Shown: positions 53,850 to 64,000 of the stretch, piece by piece
Position numbering within the stretch: position 1 is the stretch's first letter
Layout of the letters: every line of letters begins with the position of its first letter
DNA from: Toensbergia leucococca
Taxonomy: Eukaryota
Assembly (NCBI GenBank): GCA_022813965.1
Contig: JALDZS010000056.1
Span: 1-64,000 of the forward strand
DNA: 64,000 bases
Direction: 5' to 3'
Program-made: the position numbers and the translations under genes
The notes under the pieces: model-generated
Told to the model about the DNA's origin: nothing
Seen by the model: the letters and a program-made list of their open reading frames with translations, nothing else
The model's database searches: none

Positions 53850-54133
53850 CTTTTTTCTCCACCTGGTGTTCCCGCCCAAACATCTTGGTCAGAGCAGTTG
53901 CCATCCTGTCGATTCACCGAAAGTTATTCTTACATCTTTTGCTTCCGTCACTCTTTTTCGCCGTTCATGGCTTACCTACCTTGTACGAGTGAAAATCTCT
54001 TGGGACTTGGAATATACATTTTTCTCAGTATAGAACTCTAGATTGATTTCATGGAATCTATTACTATATACTGACATTTATCTTATCTCCTATTGTATTC
54101 TTTCAAAGTCTTCTCTAGGTTTTGCTGTCAATC

Positions 54134-56367
54134 ATGTCTAGCAAAGAACAAGATAGTTCCTGGGTGGTGCAAAAGTATGGTGGGACAAGCTTGGGAAAGT
54201 TACTGGGTACCATTACTGGCACTATAGTACCCAATACACTTAAGAATGACAACGTGGTGATTGTCTGCTCAGCGAGATCTGGCACAAGCAAGTCGAAGGG
54301 AACAACAAGTCTACTCCTTGAAGCTATCAGCCATGTCGTGACCCCAGGTGCAGCTTCGAAAGAAAGATTAGACTGCATCATCGATATCATCCGGGACGAG
54401 CATCTTGTCCCCGTGGAACCAGTGAGCCATGATAGCAATGAAGAGGCGCGGGATGATTCGGTTCGTGATTCAAACAGACAGATATCGGAAGATTGCGAGC
54501 AGCTTCGGACCTTTCTCCACGCCGCACAGGTTGGTTGAACCTACTCGCTATGCGTAAAATAATCTATTAACTAGCCACAATTTTTCTGTATTCTAGACAG
54601 TCGGAGAGTTGTCACCTCGTTCTCAAGATCGCGTTCTCGCCGTGGGAGAGAAACTAGCATGCCGCAATGTCGCGTCTTCATTGGAGAGCAAGGTATCTCA
54701 TCACCATTAATTCTGCACACTTCAGAGCAAGACAGGTCTCTGACTAGAATCTAGGGTATTGTTGCAGAGGTGGTACTATTAGACGATATCGTCGAACAAG
54801 CTTTTCCAATGCCCGCCCACGAGCAGAAAGAAACCTACGACCAAATCGGCTCCCGATTCTTCGATGCTATTGCCCAAGAAATAGGGAAAAGAATCCTGCA
54901 GTGCGGTGACAAAGTACCCGTCATAACCGGTGAGTCCAACAGAATAATGCCCCTAACATCATCATGTTCATCGTGATCCTTGGTAGGCTTCTTCGGCATG
55001 ATGCCAGAATCTCTGCTCCACGGCGTTGGCCGTGGCTACTCGGATGTCTGCGCCGCCATGTGTGCTGTCGGGATTGGAGCTCGAGAACTTCAAATCTGGA
55101 AAGAGGTTGATGGCATTTTTACGGCGGATCCGAGCAAGGTACCTTCCGCTAGGCTGCTTGCTACTGTGACTTCGGAAGAGGCTGCTGAGTTGACATATTA
55201 TGGTAGTGAGGTCTGTTTGTATTCACTCTTTTCCCCTTCAAGCCAAATATTGTTGTTGTAAGTTCGTCTACAATCCTACTGACACCCACCACCAGGTCAT
55301 CCACCCCCTGACCATGGAACAAATCCGCAACGTCCACGTCCCTCTCCGCCTTAAGAATGTCAACAATCCCACCGGCGCCGGCACAATAATCTACCCCTCC
55401 ACGACCCCCTCCTCTTCCCCCTATTCAATCCCTCGAACCCCAAAAAGTCACTCCGGAACCTCAACCCCGCTCTCGACCTTCATGACCGCCAACGGCTACC
55501 ACGGCGACACCCAGCACCGCCGTACCCCCACTGCCGTCACTGTCAAAGACTCCATCATAGTCATCAACGTCCTCTCGCACCGCAACATCAAATCCTACGG
55601 TTTCCTGGCTCAGATCTTCGAGAGGCTAGATCATCACAAGATCGTTGTCGATCTGATTACGACGAGTGAGAAATCCATTAGTCTGGCCGTGTCCTCGGCG
55701 GACGATACCTTGGCTATCAAGCGCGTTACCGCTGAGATTGAGAAGCTTGGCACAGTACGTCTACAGCATAAGTGTCGTCGAAGCAGGAGACTTGATTGAC
55801 AGTTTCTCGAATCAGGTTTCCGTTACAGAAAACATGTCCATCATCTCCGTCGTCGGCCACAAAATGCGCAACATGGTCGGTATAGCCGGTACATACTCCC
55901 TTTCCCCAACAGTCCCCCTTTCTACCTCCAAAACACCAATTAACCCCGTTCCCAACAGGCGAAATATTCTCCACCCTCGCCACCGCAAAAGTAAACATCT
56001 ACCTGATTTCCCAAGGAGCCAACGAAATAAACATCTCGTACGCTTTCACTCGCCTCGCCCTTTCCCTTGGCCCTTCTAACCCCGCCACCTTCCATCCTCA
56101 CTAATACCAAAACCAGATTCGTTGTCCGCAACCGCGACGCCATCCACGCAATGAACGTAGTTCATACCCAAGTCCTTCGCATCCCCGCACATGCGGAGAA
56201 AGAAAACAATTTCATAAAAGGTGCAGCGCTCCCCTTCCTTGTCATCTGTTCCGTGCGCATATCGCCAATCTGTTTGGTTCGCGATCAACATTTTGCCCAA
56301 AAGAACATCCACCATCCGTCTCACTGCCAACCCCACTAATCACTTTTTAGGCCCTTGGCTCTATTAA
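54134..56367 (+). CDS. HOM3: Aspartate kinase with C-terminal ACT domains (Hom3/Fub3-like, probably a cluster-dedicated paralog), about 9 exons
   Basis: WVVQKYGGTS, VCSARS...GTT, GEKLAC, PVITG|FFG, GRGYSD, WKEVDGIFTADP, EAAELTYYGSE|VIHP, ACT motifs GFLAQIF...DLITTSE and ISQGANEINIS. Ends KGPWLY*. Confidence 0.93.
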
Positions 56368-57221
56368 TTCCTTCCTTGTGTTCATCAAAGCCGGAAATGT
56401 TTTTTTCGATATTGTCACTCACAATACATCTCGACAGAAGGAGCATTATCGCCTGACCATTCCCGCGAAAAACCCACCCACCACGGCAACTAAAATCCAC
56501 AACCCGCGTTTCAAAAATAAAAACTTCAGAGTTTTTTTCACCTAGCAATAAAAAGATCAGTCTTGCAACACCTCCATCTCTATCTCAAGCATAGTATCCA
56601 CCTATGCGGACCCGTTACTACCCCCCAGTATAACCCCCCTTCCTCCCCAACCCCTCCCACAAGACATAAAATCCCACATGACAGAAACCCCAAAACCTCC
56701 CTACTCGTAGGCGAGAGAAGTCATGATAGTCCCGAGGCCGATTCACCATAATCATTGATTAGGAGAACTTGAGAAATGAATCGACCACTCACAACAACCA
56801 GAATGGTGGTATATTCTCTTTGTGACCAGATTGAGAGCTTTGGGGACTGGGGGAGTGACAACGTCTTTGGACGAAGCATGGTGCAAGCTAAAACATCTAT
56901 GCATGTTGCAGCACAAGCATACAATGAGCAGGCGCCAGGCATGGGAAATTAGATGGAGTCACCATAGTCAAGCACATATAATACCATGACATAAGACAGA
57001 GGCTAGCAACAACAAATTTTCGTTAAACAGCATCACTACACTATCGAACTCTAATGAGCGACAAAAGACACAGAGCTAAATCCTATCTTCACCTCCACTC
57101 CTATTCCATTTGCCTTCTCTTGCAGAATGGGGTCGAATATCCCTTCTCTTCCATGGTCAGACAAATCTCAAAGAAGAAGTGGAAGGAGAGTGGATAGGGA
57201 TCTCCAAAGCTCACCATTCAT

Positions 57222-57452
57222 TCAACTGCCAATTGTAACGATATCTCCCTCTTTGATCCCGTACGCAATTTTCAACTCCGTGTTGGCCTTAGGGGGCCAA
57301 TGGCCTTTCCAAGGCTGAATCCTTCCGCCCTCATTAGTCTTGCTTTTGCAGCTATCGACAGTCTTGCTGCCGCCGCCCCCGTGCGTGGTGTCGTTGAGTT
57401 TGTCTGGCTTGATGACCTTTTCGGCCTTGACGAGGGGCTGCTTGAAGAGCAT
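57222..57452 (-). CDS. Possible small 76-aa protein preceded by a 5'UTR intron
   Basis: A GTAAGC...GCTAAC...TACAG intron ends 14 nt before the ATG. No recognisable domain. Confidence 0.3.
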   Translation of the reverse strand: MLFKQPLVKAEKVIKPDKLNDTTHGGGGSKTVDSCKSKTNEGGRIQPWKGHWPPKANTELKIAYGIKEGDIVTIGS

Positions 57453-58060
57453 GTTGGCCGGGCACTCTGTAGAAGAGACTCGTTAGCAATAGCTTTCTTG
57501 CCGACGCTTACCCACTTCAAGTCTAGCTGGAAGGAAAAGGTTTCTCACAGTTGCGAGGTTTGGGTCTGATTTGACTAAAAGGATGCTTTGATAATATTGT
57601 TTGGGAGAAAACTGATGAGGATTAGGGGAGAAAGAGGGGTCCTGAAATACCACAGCTCTTGAGGAGAGAAGAGGCTCAAATTACCCCATCAAGTAACACT
57701 TCTTATGAATCGACATTCGAAGTTCATGCATACATGGGGTCTTATCATACAAGCAGGGCCTATAATGTCTGCAGGATATTTAAACATGAATGCGGAGAGT
57801 CCAACAGACCAGTGGTGTTCTGCCAACGCACTCCCACTCATCGTTCGCTCACATCCCATGTGCGCCAACTCCGAAGAATGAAGTGCCGATCCACGAACAA
57901 GGCTGAGATAACGCTGAATCCCGCATGATAATGAAGGTCCAGGTCTTGCTAACAGATAAGGGCTTTCAAAAACATCGGTCAGATTACATGCTCAAATGCA
58001 ATCCTCCTTCATTCCTAAAGACGCCTCGTGGATGATAGAAATTGGACTACGGTGGAAGGG

Positions 58061-58069
58061 CGGGCTTTG
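58061..58069 (-). promoter_or_regulatory. CAAAGCCCG cluster motif upstream of the AsaB/CmcJ-like gene
   Basis: cgggctttg about 96 bp upstream of ATG 58165. Near copy TGAATCCCG at 57915-57923. Confidence 0.5.
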
Positions 58070-58164
58070 ATCAGCACCACACCAGCGAACTTACTAGACC
58101 AGTTGGAATTGAAAGCTACAGTTTCAAGTCTGAACACCATTCGCATATCAACACTCTGCAAACC

Positions 58165-59274
58165 ATGGCCTCGTCTCCAATCTATCCGGAGGGGCCGATA
58201 AGGACAGTCCAGACTCCGCTGTACTTTTTGAAACCGAACAAGCTGTTCAATATCGAGAAACCGTATGCTTTCAAGTTTCCAGTGGAAGGTGGCAGGGTCC
58301 GGCCATCGAACATGGAGACCGGAGTTGTTGAGGACATCACGATCACGGACATACGAGGCTATGAGAAGTCTTTCAATATGGAGACTAACGGCTTCGCTGT
58401 TCTCAGTCTGAACACTGGGCTGGAATATGAAGATTTTCATCAGGAAGAGGGAATATTTTCGTACTTGAGAAAGATCGAGTTGCTTCTCAAAGATTATACC
58501 GGTGCCAGCCGTGTTGATGTCTTTTGGCACTGCGTGAGTTTCCTCGCATCTCAGGTGTGCTGCTCGCTCAACTCGATCTTTACTCTGATCCCTACTTTTT
58601 GCTTAGGTGCGGAAACGCCATCCTCGGTATCCAATATCCACGGGGAAAAAGTATGACTATGAGCAACCGACGACTCTGGCACACTGTGGTCTGCCACCCA
58701 ACCAAACAGAAGCAAACATATGATCGCTTATAGACGTCACAGATGTCACAGCGGAAGAAGCAGCTGTGGAGGTTCGGAGGCAGCGTGGTGACGAAGCCGA
58801 TGTTCTCTTAAAGAAACGTGTTCAGTGGATCAAGTGAGTCCCTCGATTTCACACTCTTTGCCTGTTTAACTGACAAAGCATCCGAAGCATCTGGAAGCCA
58901 TTGAAGGGCCCTATGAACGATTTCCCCCTCGCGCTGTGCGACGGCTCCACTGTGAACAAAAACCTGGATCTCGAGCCAGCAGACCTCCTGCTACCGGACC
59001 GGGTCACCGAAAATGCCCCAACCTATTACAGACCGGAGCACAAATGGTACTACCTTAGCAGTCACGAGGTCTCCGAGGTCATCATCTTCAAGCAATCGGA
59101 CTCTTTGTCAAGCGCTTGTTCTGGTAAGTAATTGTCCTAAGATGCAGCTCTGCTGATGCTGATAATCCTAATCAAGGCGTACCACACTGCTCCTTTGCCA
59201 ATCCGTTGGCGCCAGTGGGGGAAGAGCCACGCGAGAGCATTGAGGCTCGAGCGCTTGTGTACTATGACGAGTAG
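58165..59274 (+). CDS. AsaB/CmcJ/GA4-desaturase-like oxidoreductase (hydroxylase/desaturase), 5 exons
   Basis: EKPY, ITDIRG...F....NGF, VRKR, AHC|D (HxD), R.QWIN|IWKPL..P..D.PLALCD, H.WYYLS, GVPHCSF, RESIEARALV. Confidence 0.85.
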
Positions 59275-59419
59275 GGCAAAGCTTGTCCTCTCCCTCTGGT
59301 TTGCCCTACTTTCGTGACACATATTGAAATACGGAATTCCCTATCAGCAGACATGAGCTGAACAGGGCTCAGTAGAGTAGATTGTTGTAAATGAAACTTT
59401 TCGTTGTCACTATTCAACA

Positions 59420-60900
59420 TTCTTACATTGGAGAAGCTCACAATCCAACGGCTATCTATAGATCCTGCTGGTTTGTCAAATCAACTCACCAATCATGTCA
59501 TTACATTTGATCATATCTTGTAGTAAACAAACACCTTCAGCTTCATGACTAAGTCACATGTGTCATATAATGTTTTTTTCAAGAAAAGTGTCTTTTATCT
59601 TACTCGTGGTAACCTATCGATGCGGCACTAAACTACATTCAGCTAGCTAGCCTCTAGCTCACGATCTAAAATATGACTCGCTAGCTGAAAGGGGTTTAGT
59701 GCCGCATCGATAGGTTACCACGAGTACACACATTAAAAAAAAGACATGAATATGAAACAATCTGTTGAAGAAAATTTGTGAGAGAAGAGAAAGAATTAGA
59801 AATATTCAAGAACAGTCAATAGCAAGTAAAACAAGAAAGAAAACAATAAAAACAGACAGACACATCTTTTATGAGAATTAACATCAGGTCATCTTCTTTT
59901 GATACAAGGACTTCCCTCACCTCTCAACCTTAGACTCATAATCATCTCAAAGGATCATATCATTTCATATCACAATATGTCTCACAATTTCTCATCATCA
60001 TTGCATACCTTATCTCTCATAATTCACATGTCATCAATCATCTTTATCACAGTAAAACATAATTTTAATATCACATCATATTTACACTTGCACTCTTCAA
60101 TCTGAGCACGCAAAAATACTCATATATCATGAATTTCATATTTTATCTTCACCTCATTTATCTTGATCTACACTCACAGTGCATGAGATCTTTGCTTCAC
60201 TCACAGCTCTATCAGGCAAAGAACATCTAAAAGAGTAGAACAGAAGGTCTTCAGACTGATCAGGGGGTGAGTGAAGTTGAAAGACCTAGTCTAAAGGGGG
60301 GAGATGAGGACCTAGAGGGAGGGAAAGAGATGACGTTCCTGTGAATAAACAGAGTAATTTTCCTGCACTTCAAAAGAAGGGTGATTCAGAAGTCTAGATT
60401 AACTTGCAAAACCACACTCTGAAGAAGAAAGAAGAAGAATAAAAGTCAGGATGTGACACAAAAGCACACTTTTTTCTCCCTAGATAATTTTGAGCTTCTA
60501 GATGGCACGCAAATAAAAAACAAGCAAAATGACTTGCATGATGATAGAGAATTGAGACAGAGTGTGATTGCAGGATGATAAGATTTCCTGAGGTGATCAT
60601 GCGCCTGAGATGGGAAAGTGAGGGGGGGGTGTACAGGTATCAAAAGGGGGTGTCAGAATATCAGAAGCCTATTATATGAAGGGATAATAACTCAATAACA
60701 TTTTGTTAAAAAAAAGAATCAGTGCATATCTTTACACACTCATACAATAGTAAAAAAGTCAAATTTTGCAAAAAGAAAAAAAGGGACAAAGATTGCTCTC
60801 AACAAAGGGAAAAAAAACAAGCCCTAATTATTTCCATAGAAACCAGCCGTACTCAAATTGATGTGATCAAAAAAAGGGGAGCATAAAATGATTCTAGATT
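59420..60900. pseudogene. AT-rich, CpG-depleted relic of a repeat/transposon or gene, mutated by C-to-T
   Basis: Very few CG and many CA/TG dinucleotides. The minus strand near 59950-60150 reads like a decayed ORF with TGA stops. Confidence 0.5.
59603..59724. mobile_element. 122-bp MITE, Tc1/mariner-type (TA target-site duplication)
   Basis: Perfect 31-bp TIRs CTCGTGGTAACCTATCGATGCGGCACTAAAC (59603-59633 and 59694-59724), extending imperfectly to about 45 bp. Flanked by TA at 59601-59602 and 59725-59726. Confidence 0.85.
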
Positions 60901-61008
60901 GTAGTATATTATCACCATCTCTTATCATACAACACCGCCCCCCCACCCACCCCAAAAAAAACCCGAGACATTAGAGGCGAAAACGTTTCCAGTATCAAGT
61001 ACAACCCT

Positions 61009-62916
61009 TCAAACACTAGTAGCCATCGTCCTCTTCGCCGCTGCATCTGTATCCTCCTCCGTCTCTTTGCTAGTCTCCGCCTCAGCACCATTCGTCTTCG
61101 CCTCCGCACCATTCGTCTTCGCCTCCGACCCATTCGTCTTCGCCTCCGACCCATTCGTCTTCGCCTCTGTGCCATCCGTCCCGGGTCTTGGCGCCCTCGT
61201 ACTCCGATCCTTCATGAACCCACTAGTGATATGCCCCGAAGCCTTTGAAAAAGGATCGACACCTTTCTCTGCCGGCTTCAGCCCCGCAGCCACAAAGGCC
61301 TGTTCGAAATCATGGATGATGTCCTCGATATCCTCCAGCCCTGGACTGACACGAATGAGATCCGGGGTGACGCCTCCCTTGATTTTTTCCTCGTCGGGCA
61401 GTTGCTGGTGGGTGGTGACCCAGGGGTGAATGATCAAGGTTTTTGCGTCGCCGACGTTGGCGAGGTGGGAGCAGAGCTTGAGGTTATCGACTACGGCACG
61501 GACTTCGTCGATGTTGCCTGCCACTCCGAAAGTGAGGACGCCGCCGGCGCCGTTGGGCATGGTGCGCTTGGTGATTTCATAATCTTTGTGCGACTTTAAG
61601 CCGGGGTAGAGCACCCAGCTGACGCATGGATGTGCTTCTAACCACTCGGCAAAGGCAAGCGTCGTCTCACAGTGGCGTTTACCGCGCAGTGGGAGGGTTT
61701 CGAGGCCTTGGAGGAAGAGCCAGGCATTAAAGGGGCTCATGCAGGGACCGAGATCGCGCATCGAGTCCATTCGTAGCTTGGCTGCTAGAGCTTTGTAACC
61801 GTACGTGTCCCAAAATCTCATTCCGTGGTAGCCATCGGCCGGTTCAGTGAAGCCAGGAAATTTGCCGCTCTTGGACCAGTCGAAGTGGCCGCCGTCAATG
61901 ACAATGCCACCCATACTAGTGCCGTGACCGCCAATCCACTTGGTACAGCTGTGCGTGACAATGTCGGCGCCGAGAGTGATGGGGCGGGAGATGTAGCCAC
62001 CCATTCCGAACGTATTGTCAATGATAAGAGGGATGCCGGCGTCGTGAGCAACTTTGGCGATGGCCGCTACGTCGGGAACGTTGTGTTTTGGGTTGGAAAT
62101 AGTCTCAATGTAGACCGCTCTTGTATTCTCGTCGATTGCTTTTGCAATATCGCCAGCGTCATCGCCCTCTACCCATTTCACGCTGATGTGGAACTTCTTC
62201 ATATAGACACGGAACTGATTGTAGGTGCCGCCATACAACTTTGACAAAGTCAGTCATCGTAAACTTCTGAACATGGTGATATGACTTCTTCATCAGGGGA
62301 ATTCGTTGATGATTGCCGCTTTGCGATGTATAAAGCTGAAAAGCGGCAACGACCAACGAACCCCCTGGTGCTTCTCACGTTGCTTACCCAGCTAGTTGAG
62401 ACGAAATTCTGGCCGGGTTCGCAGCAGTTGGTGATGGCCATAAACTGAAAGGAAAGTAGTCAGAAAGGTTGGTACCAAAGCCTAAGGTAGGGGGTCAATT
62501 ACCTGTGCAGAATGACCAGATGCAGTAGCAACAGCACCGACTCCTGCCTCTAGCATACTCATCCGCGTCTCAAAGATGGAATTTGTAGGATTCCCCATCC
62601 TTGTATACACATAGCTGTGACGATCTTAGAAGCAGCAGCAGCAAACGTTACTCTCACATTCTCTCACATACCCATCTTTGGACCAGGCAAATTTGCTGGC
62701 ACCATCGGCTGCATCAGTGAAATTGTAGGCGCATGTCTGGTACAAGGGAACAGCTCGGGCTCCATTGATGGGGTCGGGTTCTTGGCCTCCGTGTAGAGCG
62801 ATTGTGGCAAAGGAGGGTTCCCTGTTGGGTACATGTCAGTTAGACTTACACAAGAGAGCTAGTGAGGGTTAGATATCTTACTTTGTGACGTCTTTGAGAG
62901 ATCCTGAGACAGTCAT
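61009..62916 (-). CDS. MET17: O-acetylhomoserine (thiol)-lyase-like PLP gamma-replacement enzyme (Met17/CysD/Fub7 family), 5 exons
   Basis: FATIALHGGQ, AVPLYQT, YTRMGNPT, LYGGT, DNTFG, PLP lysine HSCTKWIGGHG, GLETL.LR, LANVGDAKTL.IHP..TTH, LIRVS.GLE. Likely a paralog rather than the housekeeping copy. Confidence 0.93.
61078..61167 (-). repeat. 21-bp coding tandem repeat (about 4 copies) encoding EAKTNG(S/A)
   Basis: ccattcgtcttcgcctccg(ca/ac) repeated within the C-terminal extension of the PLP enzyme. Confidence 0.9.
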
Positions 62917-63185
62917 GATGAACAGTTGTTTAAGGTGGATAGTGGAAGGAATTGTCGAATTGAAATTGGAATCGAGTTACATGAGGAAGCATTCTCATGG
63001 AACGGTATATATGCTCTCGGCTTCGAGGAAAGCAAAGCTCCATCATATCCCGTATCGGACTTGAGTAGGCAAAAGCAAGAGCAAGATCAGTTGTCGAGAT
63101 GCGAAATGGAACTTGTTGGTGGGGCACGATTAAAATGTCAGATCCCGGGCCGCGTTTGTGCGAGGACTGGAGTGATCGACATAAG

Positions 63186-63194
63186 CAAAGCCCG
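63186..63194 (+). promoter_or_regulatory. CAAAGCCCG cluster motif upstream of the PLP enzyme gene
   Basis: About 270 bp upstream of the minus-strand ATG 62916. Near copies CAGATCCCG at 63139-63147 and TAGATCCCG at 63468-63476. Confidence 0.55.
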
Positions 63195-63528
63195 AAGCCC
63201 TATGGATAGCACACGGAGAATAGGGAGAATAGGTAAAAGGCTACAAAGTGGGTAATGTGACGAAATTGTGAATGAAATGAAATGGGATGGAATGGCATGC
63301 TTAGGCTTAGTCGTAGTCATCATGTTGTAATAGTACTGACACCGCCAGCACCTTGCTCAATGATAAGAGCCTATCATAGACGCCATAAAGGGAGGCTCAT
63401 GTCATGAAGTCTGGCCAAAGGTGAAATCTGGCCAAAGGTGAAATCTAGATCAAACCTAGATCGAATCTAGATCCCGCCATATCAATATTCCAGGTCCCGC
63501 TGTTATTCCTTTCCCTGCCATATACACA

Positions 63529-64000
63529 TCAATTTGCGTTTGGGATGGCCAATGCAAGAGCTCTCTCGATTTGTTCTAGAAAAGTCCAAAATGTCAGCCC
63601 CATCCCAATCAATGTACACAGCCGCGCCTCATCTCATCCCGGCGGACTTACCTTTCATGCCACCTAACGCCTCAAAAGCAATCGAGTAATTCTGTAATGC
63701 CCCGACAACGACCTTCAACCCATGGTGAAGTTGACTCAACAAGCTATTTACAAGAGGGTCATTCGGACATTCTGTAAAGTCATTCGCATTCATGGCACGT
63801 GTTTTGTGACACAACATCAGCAATGCGTACGAGCTTTGCATTGCGCAGCACATGTGCCCAGGCATCGATCTAGGCGCCTCAACAATGGAATAAGGAGAAA
63901 GATAGCTGGGGCCCGAATGTTCTATGCCCGTCGGATTTGGGTAAGGTAGAGTCTCAAATGACTGAGCTATGTTCAAAGCGGACTTCAAACAGACTTTGGC
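63529..64000 (-). CDS. 3' end of a fungal transcription factor (probably Zn2Cys6 type), truncated by the window edge
   Basis: PRSMPGHMCCAMQSSYALLML...LQNYSIAFEALGGMK resembles the C-termini of cluster-type Zn2Cys6 regulators. An intron leads to a last exon EQIERALALAIPNAN*. The DNA-binding domain is outside the window. Confidence 0.65.

Noticed and set aside
61078..61167. Short direct repeats as a CRISPR array
   Set aside because: Head-to-tail coding repeats with no spacers, in a eukaryotic genome.
60912..61175. Poly-arginine ORF (MGRRRRR repeats), protamine-like
   Set aside because: It is an alternative frame of the 21-bp repeat inside the PLP enzyme CDS.
7445..62916. HR-PKS plus the FUB3/5/7-like genes as one fusaric-acid cluster
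   Set aside because: They are about 34 kb apart, separated by dynein, STT3 and other unrelated genes. No Fub4 hydrolase, Fub8 carboxylic-acid reductase or Fub9 oxidase is visible, and I saw no cluster motif in the PKS promoter.

Overview
Intron-rich genomic DNA from a filamentous ascomycete (GT-AG introns with CTRAC branch points). The homopolymer-rich intergenic tracts resemble lichen-forming Lecanoromycetes, but that assignment is only an impression. The left part (0.5-16.4 kb) holds a DHA2-type MFS transporter, an archaemetzincin-like metalloprotease, a HeLo-like/ubiquitin-like protein and a complete highly reducing PKS (KS-AT-DH-cMT-ER-KR-ACP). The middle (18-50 kb) is housekeeping and regulatory: dynein intermediate chain, two large C2H2 proteins, a small Zn2Cys6 protein, a coiled-coil protein, STT3, a KLAP1-like protein and a CYSTM protein. 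The right part (50.4-64 kb, running off the window) is the most notable. It is a compact cluster of nitrilase, homoserine O-acetyltransferase, aspartate kinase, AsaB/CmcJ-like oxygenase, O-acetylhomoserine (thiol)-lyase-like PLP enzyme and a fungal transcription factor. All four promoter regions of this cluster share a CAAA(T/G)CCCG motif. The gene set matches the amino-acid arm of the fusaric acid cluster (FUB3/FUB5/FUB7) but is paired with a nitrilase. This suggests, by inference, a cyanide-fixing route O-acetylhomoserine + CN- -> 2-amino-4-cyanobutanoate -> glutamate + NH3, or a pathway to a new gamma-substituted amino acid. A TA-flanked MITE sits inside a CpG-depleted relic within the cluster. 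Exon boundaries were read by eye and family names come from motif recognition, not database searches.
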